From a virus: a DNA stretch of 64,000 bases. A program made the translations under genes and the position numbers. Position 1 is the first letter of the stretch, and every line of letters begins with the position of its first letter. The DNA lies in IMG/VR virus record IMGVR_UViG_3300012001_000008, positions 8,924 through 72,923 of that record. The stretch is one strand, 5' to 3'. This document shows positions 38,102 through 46,297 of the stretch, in pieces. The notes beneath the pieces were generated by a model that was given only the letters and a program-made list of their open reading frames with translations, had not been told where the DNA came from and did no database searches.

Positions 38102-38296
38102 TTAGTAGCCTTTCTTAATCATAAATGTTACCACAAAGATAAACCCCTTATAATTCCGCTTTGCAGGGTATGTGCCTTCCATCGGCAAACTTGTAAGCTT
38201 ATACAAGCCAAGTATGAATGTGCGCCTATCATCAAGGAACTCAGGTCTCTTGTATAGCCTACATTGTACCTGCCACTTGTTAGGTGTGTATTTCAT
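38102..38296 (-). CDS. Hypothetical protein
   Basis: 64-aa ORF, TGATG coupling. Confidence 0.5.
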   Translation of the reverse strand: MKYTPNKWQVQCRLYKRPEFLDDRRTFILGLYKLTSLPMEGTYPAKRNYKGFIFVVTFMIKKGY

Positions 38297-38682
38297 CAGT
38301 ATCTCGATGGAGTGCTTTCGCCGAACGAAGCCTCACCTGTTAGTTGCCTTGTTAGTAGTTGACGAATGTTAACGCCATTCTCCTCAGCTTTCGATAGCAC
38401 CTCGCTCAGAGAGACGCCCATCTCTACATAGCCACCTGCTTGGCAGTCCCAGCCTGTGTAGTCGCAACCACCCTGTATATACGCATAGGTGTGGTCTTTC
38501 ATGGCAATAATCCAGTGGAAGTCTGGACCATCATTCTCTCCCTGTAGATAAGCAAGCACATAGGCGACATCTTCGAGCGCGAAGCCCTTAGTATCGGTGA
38601 TTGCATAGCTCATAGCTGCTGATAGGTCGTAGTCTATACGACGCTCAACTGCATCTGTTTCGTGGTCATAGTAATAACTCAT
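38296..38682 (-). CDS. Hypothetical phage protein
   Basis: 128 aa, GEND...GGCDYTGWDCQ; AAGGAG RBS. Confidence 0.65.
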   Translation of the reverse strand: MSYYYDHETDAVERRIDYDLSAAMSYAITDTKGFALEDVAYVLAYLQGENDGPDFHWIIAMKDHTYAYIQGGCDYTGWDCQAGGYVEMGVSLSEVLSKAEENGVNIRQLLTRQLTGEASFGESTPSRY

Positions 38683-38696
38683 TTTCTTCTCCTTAT

Positions 38697-38906
38697 TTAT
38701 GGTTGAACTTCAAATATCTGAATATGGAACACGGACGATAATACGAATGCGGTGAGGGCGATAATAATACATATCAGTACCCATGCGGTGGCTAGCGAGA
38801 TAAGACCGAATGTCAAATAGAATAATATCGCTAACTTTGGATGCTTCGCGAGCCACATCGCTCGTCTAAACTGCTTATCGTTCATAGTATCTTTCTCTTT
38901 CCGCAC
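38697..38906 (-). CDS. Small membrane protein
   Basis: Long hydrophobic stretch; start uncertain. Confidence 0.5.
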   Translation of the reverse strand: MRKEKDTMNDKQFRRAMWLAKHPKLAILFYLTFGLISLATAWVLICIIIALTAFVLSSVFHIQIFEVQP

Positions 38907-39018
38907 TTAGTGCATAATTTTGCTCTTACTTCGGCGGGAACGGCTATTCCCCCACCGACACCAGCTAACCAGTGATATACTTTAACTTTACCTATATATG
39001 ACCAGCGATGCCAACACA

Positions 39019-39294
39019 TTAGCTCATGTCCACTTTCCAATAGATTTTACATTTAGTACACCATTGAGTAACATCGCTACCACTAGGAGTGTGTTGTTTG
39101 CTATGCCACGCATTAGGGAATGCTGAGTAATAGTTATGGGCATGGTCAACACAGTTCGTATACCTATCTGGATTCATAGTCCAGTTATTGTGCCATCCTA
39201 AAAACTCGTACCCCATCGTGATGAGCTTTTCTTCTTCGGGCGGAATATCCCTGAATTGCAGTGGGTCTAGTTCTTTTGTGTATGGTGATTTCAT
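39019..39294 (-). CDS. Hypothetical protein with CxxC
   Basis: 91 aa, CTKCKIYWKVD. Confidence 0.55.
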   Translation of the reverse strand: MKSPYTKELDPLQFRDIPPEEEKLITMGYEFLGWHNNWTMNPDRYTNCVDHAHNYYSAFPNAWHSKQHTPSGSDVTQWCTKCKIYWKVDMS

Positions 39295-39776
39295 ATCGTG
39301 TCTCCTAGTAAGGCGTGTATGTTTGGGACTAATTGTCTAACTACTTCTGTACCTTTAATTATTGTGTTTGTGTTTCGGCGACGCTCTCTGAATTGCTCAG
39401 GTGTCATAATCTTATGACCCTTAGCTCCATTACAGGGGTCGCACATCGTTTGCTTATTATCGAGACTCTCAATCTCATCTTGTGTCCAGCCCAGTAGCCT
39501 CGCTTCGTACTTTGGAACGGTGTGGTCTACCGTCATAAGCACAAAGTCATCGGTATAAAGGTCAATATGAACGCGCCCATGGGACTTCTGGTGGCGAGTG
39601 TACTTACGGCTACCATCTTCCCTACCAAGCGCTAGAAGCGTCCCTACGCGCCCACAGGCTACACATTCTCTACCCTTCTTGGCAAATACCTGTAGGCGCT
39701 CGTGTTCAGCGAACTCAGTGTATAAGTCCTCAAGCGGTAGGAACTCGATTAGCTCCTTACCGTGTGGAAGACGCAT
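39291..39776 (-). CDS. HNH endonuclease-like protein
   Basis: CVAC, MTVDHTVP, QTMCDPCNGAKG. Confidence 0.75.
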   Translation of the reverse strand: MRLPHGKELIEFLPLEDLYTEFAEHERLQVFAKKGRECVACGRVGTLLALGREDGSRKYTRHQKSHGRVHIDLYTDDFVLMTVDHTVPKYEARLLGWTQDEIESLDNKQTMCDPCNGAKGHKIMTPEQFRERRRNTNTIIKGTEVVRQLVPNIHALLGDTI

Positions 39777-40275
39777 TACGTCGTTCCTTTGCTATTTTCA
39801 CAATCCGTTCGAACGCCTCCACATTGCCCATTGCATCGTTTACTGGGTTATGGTCATGTTTGGTCTGGCGAAAACGCTTCCAACTCTGTGTCTCACCAAA
39901 GTTATTGTTCAGCCCTGCCCAAAAGTCAGAGATACGGCGACCAGAGTGACCGAATGGATTATCCATCTCGGCAACATCAAACATACCAGCAATCCACATC
40001 CAGTCGTAGGCTACATTATCACTTACGAATACTGGACGGTCGTTACCGCATACCTCTTTAAGCCACACAGCAAACTCTTTAGCTACCTTATCATCTGTAC
40101 TTAATCGCTTACCAATAACTGGCACAGCTGGGTTATCTGGGTCTGGCGTACCTTCAAACAGGATGCCATGGAATACTTTTAATGACGTACCATGCACAGC
40201 GCCAAACTCGGTCATCGTTCCCCTTACTGGACTTGTTCCTAGTGCCTCAACATCTACGAATATATAATTAGACAT
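39757..40275 (-). CDS. DEDDh 3'-5' exo(ribo)nuclease
   Basis: VDVEA, DNVAYDW, HNPVNDA. Confidence 0.8.
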   Translation of the reverse strand: MSNYIFVDVEALGTSPVRGTMTEFGAVHGTSLKVFHGILFEGTPDPDNPAVPVIGKRLSTDDKVAKEFAVWLKEVCGNDRPVFVSDNVAYDWMWIAGMFDVAEMDNPFGHSGRRISDFWAGLNNNFGETQSWKRFRQTKHDHNPVNDAMGNVEAFERIVKIAKERRNASSTR

Positions 40276-40696
40276 GATTTAGATGCTCCGTGACCGCTTT
40301 AGCTATCTCTGGTGTTAAGCCCTCTGCCCATCGCGTCTTAAAGAAGTTAGGTGCTTGATACACCAACATGTCCATGTCGTCGTCCAGAATCGCATATACA
40401 TCAACATCTGGGTTTTGCTCTAGCCATGCTTCAATCTCATAGCCACGGTCTTTGCCGTGTAGGTCGGGAGTAATGTCCACAAAGTCCACAACCTGCTTCC
40501 TGACATCTTCCTTACCCTCGTCCCATAAGCGCCATGTTGAGCTTAGGACTACTTCACAGCCTGTGTCGAGTTGGATTTTGCCGACTAAGAACGCTGGGTA
40601 TGGGTCAATTCCAAGTATCCCACGGCTCTCAGAGGCTACTGCGAACTGAGCGCTATTACATACTCCATCAATATCGAGGAAAAGAACCTTACGCAT
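40268..40696 (-). CDS. HAD phosphatase (Swiss-army-knife RNA repair type)
   Basis: FLDIDGV, VLSSTWR, RGYEI, YAILDDD. Confidence 0.8.
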   Translation of the reverse strand: MRKVLFLDIDGVCNSAQFAVASESRGILGIDPYPAFLVGKIQLDTGCEVVLSSTWRLWDEGKEDVRKQVVDFVDITPDLHGKDRGYEIEAWLEQNPDVDVYAILDDDMDMLVYQAPNFFKTRWAEGLTPEIAKAVTEHLNHV

Positions 40697-40895
40697 TGCG
40701 TTCCGCCTCCACTTGGTCTAGTGTTTCCTGTGTTACGCCTGCTGTTTTAAGGAACAGTTCTGGCTTAAATGCAGGATTGTCATTTTGCATATCGTGGGCA
40801 ATCATATCGGCGACATAAAGCAAGTTATCTTGCCCCAAGCCTCCTGCGCATTTAGCTAGTGCTTCTGCTACTAGGTAATAATCTTTTCTTGTCAT
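40689..40895 (-). CDS. Hypothetical phage protein
   Basis: MTRKDY...DNPAFKPELFLK. Confidence 0.65.
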   Translation of the reverse strand: MTRKDYYLVAEALAKCAGGLGQDNLLYVADMIAHDMQNDNPAFKPELFLKTAGVTQETLDQVEAERNA

Positions 40896-40907
40896 GGTTC
40901 TTTTCCC

Positions 40908-41423
40908 CTATAACTTTATTATTTTTGTATCTCCGCTGAGGTTCATCACCTCACCGTCCTTCTTTGATATATCACAGTTGCGCCAGTCTTTGTCTTTACA
41001 ATTATCTGGGGTGTATGCCGAGTGGTCTAGCGTCAGGTCAACCGAACAGTCGTCCTTCTGGTCTAGAACAGTAGCTTTGCTACCGTCAAAGGAGTCAGAC
41101 ACAATGCCTATTTTATCTCCCTTTTTAACTACTGTCGTACAGCTATGAGGATTGTTTGGGTCAATCTTTTTAGGTGGTTCGGTAACAATCGCTAGAACAG
41201 TAAGGCTAGACACTGCCAACCCACCAAGAATAGGAAGTACAACAGCGCATATCGTCTTAAACGAGACGTACGGGCGACCGCCGAAGCGCGATGCGTATTT
41301 GTTTCTGTTGTAGCTGTCCCCATAGCGACCGTTCATCTCCTCTACCCAAGCATCTGCTTTGGCGTTCCATTCATCAATCTTGGCGCGACGCTTTTCTAAT
41401 ACTGGTTCCAAGATAAACAACAT
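40908..41423 (-). CDS. Membrane protein with KOW/SH3-like C-terminal domain
   Basis: Central TM helix; KKGDKIGIVSDSFDGSKATV; start at ATG 41423. Confidence 0.5.
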   Translation of the reverse strand: MLFILEPVLEKRRAKIDEWNAKADAWVEEMNGRYGDSYNRNKYASRFGGRPYVSFKTICAVVLPILGGLAVSSLTVLAIVTEPPKKIDPNNPHSCTTVVKKGDKIGIVSDSFDGSKATVLDQKDDCSVDLTLDHSAYTPDNCKDKDWRNCDISKKDGEVMNLSGDTKIIKL

Positions 41424-41424
41424 G

Positions 41425-41763
41425 TTACTTAATCTCTTTAATTTTCTTTGTAATGTCTGTGATAGCCCAGTACTTAGGGTTACCGAGAAGCATAATCGTA
41501 CCATATAGGAACGGTAGTGCTGCGACAAATGCGATAATACTCCAATACCCAACTAAGTGAGATAGGAACACACCAGCGCCGATAAGTACAAGTGCCGTAA
41601 ATAGCTCAGTTATACCTTTTACGACATATTGTCGAACAAAGATAGACCATAGTTCAATCGCTGCAACACCAAGTCCCTTGGCGAGTGCCTCAACCCCAGC
41701 CTTAATGCTATCTGGGATTTGAGAGTCGAGGACTTTCTTCTGAGCGTCTTTAGTTGCGCTCAT
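41425..41763 (-). CDS. Two-TM membrane protein
   Basis: LAKGLGVAA..LW...VRQ, two hydrophobic segments, NPKYWAI. Confidence 0.6.
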   Translation of the reverse strand: MSATKDAQKKVLDSQIPDSIKAGVEALAKGLGVAAIELWSIFVRQYVVKGITELFTALVLIGAGVFLSHLVGYWSIIAFVAALPFLYGTIMLLGNPKYWAITDITKKIKEIK

Positions 41764-41764
41764 A

Positions 41765-41989
41765 CTAAAATACGTCTTTCTTTTTCTTTTCGTCAACGGC
41801 GTGTCCAACAAGTCCACCAAGAACCGCAGGAATCACATTAGGGTATTTTTCAACTGCATCAGCTAAAAAGTAACCAATTACTGCACCAATAGCTGCACCT
41901 TTATTTTCTTTTACTACTTCTGGTACATCTTTTGTGAGCGTGTTAATCGCCTTATCAATGACCTGTTTTACGTTTTTCTTTTCTGCCAT
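41765..41989 (-). CDS. Small glycine-zipper-like protein
   Basis: GAAIGAVIG...GGLVG; GGAGG RBS. Confidence 0.6.
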   Translation of the reverse strand: MAEKKNVKQVIDKAINTLTKDVPEVVKENKGAAIGAVIGYFLADAVEKYPNVIPAVLGGLVGHAVDEKKKKDVF

Positions 41990-42012
41990 ATTCCTCCTTA
42001 TTTATAAACTCA

Positions 42013-42041
42013 ATTATGCGCCTTTTTTGTGAAAAACACAA
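42013..42041 (-). promoter_or_regulatory. Early-type promoter
   Basis: TTGTGT-N17-CATAAT. Confidence 0.8.
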
Positions 42042-42044
42042 GCT

Positions 42045-42278
42045 TTATTTAGGCATTAAGTTCAAAATAGATGTTGCAATATCTTCTGCTGGGCGACCTG
42101 TTATAACTTCCATCTTGTCATACTCTTGAGCGATAGCCTTTCGTATGAACCTTTCAAGTTCTGGCGATATACTACTGCTGTATTGCGTAAGAATATACTC
42201 ACCCATAGCAATCTGACCAGCTGCTAATCCAACTGAATTGGCTTCTTTGATGTCCTGTTCGCTATATATCCCGGTCAT
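42045..42278 (-). CDS. Hypothetical protein, paralog of 42961..43194
   Basis: GQIAMGEYIL..Y...ISP...EYD...GRPAEDIA. Confidence 0.65.
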   Translation of the reverse strand: MTGIYSEQDIKEANSVGLAAGQIAMGEYILTQYSSSISPELERFIRKAIAQEYDKMEVITGRPAEDIATSILNLMPK

Positions 42279-42498
42279 CGTCACTCTCCTGTTCCCATTC
42301 TTTAGGGAATATCTCGTCATACTCAAGACGTTCTGGCGATGGGTAAAATACAACAACGCTATCAATTTTACTTACTTCGGTAGCTTCTCGTGTAATACCG
42401 CCGTAACTGTTACCCTCTTCATCGCTCGACATATAAACATCATAGTCGTCTGGGTATTCATTTAATAGCTCTTTTAGTTCTTTTACAGTGATACTCAT
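42262..42498 (-). CDS. Hypothetical protein, paralog of 43184..43435
   Basis: TVKEL...SSDEEGNSY...FYP..ERL.YD.IFPK.WE. Confidence 0.7.
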   Translation of the reverse strand: MSITVKELKELLNEYPDDYDVYMSSDEEGNSYGGITREATEVSKIDSVVVFYPSPERLEYDEIFPKEWEQESDDDRDI

Positions 42499-42893
42499 TA
42501 GAAAGGTATCTCCGACAAGTCGATTGGCTTGTCTTCTGTTTCTTCAACGACTACGATTTCAGCTGGAATAGCAAGAGCTTCTAGGTCTGCTTCTGTAATT
42601 GGGTCAGTTGGAATACCATCAGCAAGCGCGAGTTGTGAGTCCCTACACTTATCTACTACAGTGTCTTCAAGCACTTTAGCAAGTTTTATAATCGGCGCGA
42701 TGGCTTGTAGCGGTAAGTCGAACTTGTTCTTGTCGCTATACCAGCTTTCGGTCGATACGGTGTATGTTGTAACTTCCATGCCACCTTCTGTCAAGAGGTC
42801 GATTATTGCGCTCACTACTGGCTTGCCTTCTTTGAGTTCTACGGTGTAGCTCTTTAGGCGTGCTTTGGTGATATTAATGTTTAGTTGTTTCAC
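42498..42893 (-). CDS. Hypothetical protein with SSB-like acidic tail
   Basis: GTG start; ends EDKPIDLSEIPF. Confidence 0.6.
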   Translation of the reverse strand: MKQLNINITKARLKSYTVELKEGKPVVSAIIDLLTEGGMEVTTYTVSTESWYSDKNKFDLPLQAIAPIIKLAKVLEDTVVDKCRDSQLALADGIPTDPITEADLEALAIPAEIVVVEETEDKPIDLSEIPF

Positions 42894-42926
42894 TTTTCTA
42901 ACCTTTCTTATTTGCTTTCTGACCGA

Positions 42927-42955
42927 ATTATGCTCTTTTTTTGTCTAAAACACAA
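42927..42955 (-). promoter_or_regulatory. Early-type promoter
   Basis: TTGTGT-N17-CATAAT. Confidence 0.8.
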
Positions 42956-42960
42956 GCGAT

Positions 42961-43194
42961 TTAGGCGAGTCTAGCTTCCATAATGCGACTTACGCTTAAT
43001 GCTACATCTTCTGCTGGCTTGCCAATATTTTCTGCGATATGGTCATATTCTGCATTACATACTTTTTGTAGTAAGTTCGTGAGCATTGGCGATAGTTCTT
43101 CTGCATAAGTTGCTAGAATAAACTCCGCGAGCGCTACTTGACCAACCGAACAACCCTGCGCATGTGCTGTTCCAATAACTTCATCAAACGTCAT
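42961..43194 (-). CDS. Hypothetical protein, paralog of 42045..42278
   Basis: GQVALAEFIL..Y...LSP...EYD...GKPAEDVA. Confidence 0.65.
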   Translation of the reverse strand: MTFDEVIGTAHAQGCSVGQVALAEFILATYAEELSPMLTNLLQKVCNAEYDHIAENIGKPAEDVALSVSRIMEARLA

Positions 43195-43435
43195 GGTCTT
43201 CCTCGGCTTCTTTCTCCCATAGTTTAGGGAATACTTGGTCATAATATAGGCGTTCGAGCATAGGGTAGAAGATAATTGACTTATCCTCGGCACTAATCTC
43301 GACATTCTCTGCTGATAGCGTATTGTAGCCGTTCCCCTCTGCGTCACTTGAGAAGAACACCTTCGTGTCGCTAGGGAATTGTGTCAGTCGGGCGATGAGG
43401 TCATCAACTGTCATTGTTTTTATTTCTTCGCTCAT
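43184..43435 (-). CDS. Hypothetical protein, paralog of 42262..42498
   Basis: SSDAEGNGY...FYP..ERL.YD.VFPK.WE. Confidence 0.7.
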   Translation of the reverse strand: MSEEIKTMTVDDLIARLTQFPSDTKVFFSSDAEGNGYNTLSAENVEISAEDKSIIFYPMLERLYYDQVFPKLWEKEAEEDHDV

Positions 43436-43544
43436 TTTTTTCTCCGTTTATTTTGACGTTCTTCATACTTATTGGATAACCAAGCTGCAAATGAAGCTAT
43501 AATAAAAAAGCCCAATCCTAGCCATAAAACTAACGTTGGGTCTT

Positions 43545-43808
43545 TCACGAAACATCTCCCCTCTTATTAACAAAGATTTTGAGGGTTCGTCCGTCGTCCT
43601 GTAGTGAAGCCTCGACTTGCTTATTAGCATTCCAGAACACTACTTCGCGTCCGATACCCATACCGTTGCCGTGGCAAGATGGGCATTCGAAACGTCCAGG
43701 CTGTCCAGAGATATAGATAGTTCCTACGCCAAGACAAGCGTCACAGATAGTATTATCAATAATCTCTAGGCGAGTGACGTTAGATAAGTTTTCCATCGTT
43801 TTCCTCAT
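43545..43808 (-). CDS. Small protein with DnaJ-type zinc-finger insert
   Basis: CDACLGVG...CPSCHGNG inside VTRLEIID...QDDGRTLKIF. Confidence 0.65.
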   Translation of the reverse strand: MRKTMENLSNVTRLEIIDNTICDACLGVGTIYISGQPGRFECPSCHGNGMGIGREVVFWNANKQVEASLQDDGRTLKIFVNKRGDVS

Positions 43809-43971
43809 CTCTATAGTCTTTAGCCCATTCTTTCAATTCTTCCGATACATGAGAATAAGCTTTCTTCTCATCATCCGTGTTGTCGTACTCTTCGCTCTTG
43901 TTCTCAACCCAGCCGTCAATCATTTTGGCAAAAGCCTCAAGAACATTTGCGGTTTGTTCGTTATTACTCAT
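43780..43971 (-). CDS. Hypothetical acidic protein
   Basis: MSNNEQ... start overlapping the upstream stop. Confidence 0.5.
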   Translation of the reverse strand: MSNNEQTANVLEAFAKMIDGWVENKSEEYDNTDDEKKAYSHVSEELKEWAKDYRDEENDGKLI

Positions 43972-44242
43972 TCCAAGCCCTCTTGAATCGTGCTTGATAT
44001 GCAGAACGCCCCATACCAGTTTGTGCCACGCATTGTGCTTCAAGTTCGGCTTCGTAGTCGGCAGAGTTCATAAACTCCTCTTGCACCTTACGAGCCACTT
44101 GCTTAACAACAATATGTTGTGGGCGATTAACTGGCATGTGACGTACTATTTCACTCCTGTATCCCATTGAGACAGCTTCCGCTTTAGTCTTGATGACTAT
44201 GTCTTCGATGGTTGGGTATTCGACGGTTATTGTAGTTTTCAT
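43964..44242 (-). CDS. Hypothetical protein
   Basis: First gene after promoter; AAGAAAGGCT RBS. Confidence 0.65.
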   Translation of the reverse strand: MKTTITVEYPTIEDIVIKTKAEAVSMGYRSEIVRHMPVNRPQHIVVKQVARKVQEEFMNSADYEAELEAQCVAQTGMGRSAYQARFKRAWNE

Positions 44243-44277
44243 TGTTATAAGCCTTTCTTATTTGCCTTATAACTAGA

Positions 44278-44306
44278 ATTATGCGCCTTTTTCGCCGAAA
44301 ACACAA
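44278..44306 (-). promoter_or_regulatory. Early-type promoter
   Basis: TTGTGT-N17-CATAAT. Confidence 0.8.
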
Positions 44307-44314
44307 GCCCTTTG

Positions 44315-44503
44315 TTAGGCTTTTTGTAGTTTTGGTTGAAACCGAGCGTCGTTATACTCTTGGATAGCCTCGATAATTAGTCGGGGGTTATAACGATTGC
44401 TGATTGCGCGAGCAATGGTAAGGGAGCTACATCCAGCTTCGTGCATTGCTGCATATTCTGCCTTCAAGGTTTCCTTAATTTGTTCGTTAGTTCTACGAAT
44501 CAT
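44315..44503 (-). CDS. Hypothetical protein
   Basis: 62 aa; AGAAAGGAGG RBS; own promoter. Confidence 0.65.
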   Translation of the reverse strand: MIRRTNEQIKETLKAEYAAMHEAGCSSLTIARAISNRYNPRLIIEAIQEYNDARFQPKLQKA

Positions 44504-44529
44504 ATTGTCCTCCTTTCTTTACAACACCA

Positions 44530-44558
44530 ATTATGGGGTTATTTATAGGAAAACACAA
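44530..44558 (-). promoter_or_regulatory. Early-type promoter
   Basis: TTGTGT-N17-CATAAT. Confidence 0.8.
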
Positions 44559-44581
44559 GCCCAATTTATAAAAACTTGTGA

Positions 44582-44851
44582 TTACACTTGCGACACACCG
44601 TAACTTTGTTCAGATACAGTCCTACCGCCGTCTTTAGTAATCTCAGTGACAACTTTGCGCTTAATTGCGCCACAATTAGGGCATTTTATCTTACCGCTAT
44701 TGACTATAAGTGCAACTGGGACATAGACTACAATAAATAAAATTGGAGTAATAACAAAGATTGCGAATAGTATCCAGAGAATCGTGTTATTATAATTAGC
44801 CTGCTCTTGGGCAAGGACTAATGATTGGTTATACGCTTGTAATGTATCCAT
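44582..44851 (-). CDS. Membrane protein with CxxC; probably leaderless
   Basis: TM helix, KCPNCG; ATG 7 nt after -10. Confidence 0.6.
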   Translation of the reverse strand: MDTLQAYNQSLVLAQEQANYNNTILWILFAIFVITPILFIVVYVPVALIVNSGKIKCPNCGAIKRKVVTEITKDGGRTVSEQSYGVSQV

Positions 44852-44858
44852 ATTTTGA

Positions 44859-44887
44859 ATTATGCTCTATTTTTTATAAAAACACAA
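44859..44887 (-). promoter_or_regulatory. Early-type promoter
   Basis: TTGTGT-N17-CATAAT. Confidence 0.8.
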
Positions 44888-44987
44888 GCACTAGCTTTTT
44901 GCACCACCGTGGAAGGCTGCGTAGAGCAAGATTCCAGCAATTATAAGTAGGAATAAAATCGTCATAATACTGCCTTGCAGTTCTTCG

Positions 44988-45194
44988 TCATTCAACAATG
45001 ATAGTAGTCTTTTCACTTGGCTTTTCCTTTATCGCTTTAACAATTTCTATTGCTATCTGTAACCCATTATGAGAACCAAATCGAAACCATTTAACACTTC
45101 TCTCATCGGCGACATCTATTTCAAGCTTCTTAACATCGACGAGCTTGAGCATTTCCACCAATTCTTGTTTTTGTTTTTTAGTTAGATTCACCAT
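44988..45194 (-). CDS. Hypothetical protein
   Basis: 68 aa; AGGAG RBS; promoter TTGCGT-N17-TATACT at 45209-45237. Confidence 0.6.
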   Translation of the reverse strand: MVNLTKKQKQELVEMLKLVDVKKLEIDVADERSVKWFRFGSHNGLQIAIEIVKAIKEKPSEKTTIIVE

Positions 45195-45244
45195 AATCTC
45201 CTACTCTCAGTATAGCGATAATACCCCAAAAACGCAAGCATAAT

Positions 45245-45272
45245 AAAAGACCACCCGCTAAGATGGTCTTTT
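45245..45272 (-). terminator. Intrinsic terminator (possibly bidirectional)
   Basis: AAAAGACCA-loop-TGGTCTTTT inverted repeat. Confidence 0.7.
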
Positions 45273-45553
45273 GCTTTCGGCAAAACAATTGTCATGCCTC
45301 TGAGCGCGGTTGTGGGTTGGGCTTCGTCCTTCAACGATTTTCCAACATTCGGACGCCTCGACTAGTCTAGAAGTAAATCTTTTGTAGTTTTGGTAATGCG
45401 TCCGTTCAACTCCATAGGAATCTTGTCACTCTGTCAAGAGGTTTTCGATTCATTGCCACCGAGTCCTTGGTTACTCCTCGATGTACGCTACACTTTCGTG
45501 CCTATTAGGTGCTTTAGCCGTCGAGATACTTATTAAGCTACCACAACGCTCAT
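45246..45553 (-). ncRNA. Structured non-coding RNA of unknown family (~305 nt)
   Basis: Promoter TTGAAT-N17-TATTAT upstream, terminator downstream, no ORF; end helix 45301-15/45541-52, internal helices, cacGAAAgtg tetraloop. Confidence 0.65.
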
Positions 45554-45617
45554 ATATACATAATAGCATAACCTGTTTTATTATTCAAGCATTTTATGTA
45601 GTGGAATAGTCTACAAG

Positions 45618-45713
45618 CAAAGAGACACCAATTAAGGTGTCTCCCAAGAAAGGCTATTAGTAACCACAGCATCCGCTCACAACTAAACGATACGGTGCTT
45701 ACTGCTACTAACA
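45618..45713 (-). ncRNA. Candidate ~95-nt sRNA with exposed anti-RBS seed AGCCUUUCUU
   Basis: Early promoter 45720-48, 5' hairpin, unpaired seed 45646-55, terminator hairpin 45621-44. Confidence 0.6.
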
Positions 45714-45719
45714 TTTCTA

Positions 45720-45748
45720 ATTATGCTCTTTTATTTGCTAAAACACAA
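45720..45748 (-). promoter_or_regulatory. Early-type promoter driving the sRNA
   Basis: TTGTGT-N17-CATAAT. Confidence 0.8.
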
Positions 45749-46259
45749 CCCCATTGTGCCTTTTAATTACCTCCTCTATATCTGCTTGACTGACCTTATT
45801 GCCAGAGTGAGCGAGTTGTTTAAGATTATCTATTGCTTCATCGCCATATTGGGCGCGTAGCTTAATCTCGTAGACCTTTAGATTTCCACCCTTTACGACA
45901 TTACATTCGTTGCACTGTGGGTGACAGTTTATATCATTCCAGCGTGTGTTCAGGAATCGGCGGTTTATGAAGTGACCATTCTGTAGCTCTTCGAACTTAC
46001 GGTTGCAGGTATAACAATACTCGCTTAAGCCTCTAATATAGGCAGAATGGTACTTATCGGCGTATCCTATGAGCTGACTACGTTCAGAATTGCCCTTGTA
46101 ACGTAACGTAAGCCTCTGTGGGGCGTTTTGGGACGAAAGTGGGGGAATTGTGCGTTTTCGGTTATAAGTCTCTTGGAAGGGCTTAATTTCGCGCTTTTCA
46201 CATTTATTCTTTGAATGCCAAATCGACCCGCACCATTTACACGGCTTGTGGGTCAACAT
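45738..46259 (-). CDS. ninG: NinG/Rap-like recombination endonuclease
   Basis: CYTC, QNGHFINR, TRW..NCHPQCNECN..GGN, L...YG. Confidence 0.75.
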   Translation of the reverse strand: MLTHKPCKWCGSIWHSKNKCEKREIKPFQETYNRKRTIPPLSSQNAPQRLTLRYKGNSERSQLIGYADKYHSAYIRGLSEYCYTCNRKFEELQNGHFINRRFLNTRWNDINCHPQCNECNVVKGGNLKVYEIKLRAQYGDEAIDNLKQLAHSGNKVSQADIEEVIKRHNGVVF

Positions 46260-46297
46260 AGACTGGTACAGCTTCTACAGCTGGTTCGCCTTCGGGT

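Noticed and set aside
45290-45553. Group I intron, tmRNA or SRP RNA identity for the 305-nt RNA
   Set aside because: No interrupted gene, no consistent P7 pairing, no tRNA-like ends, no SRP domain IV motif
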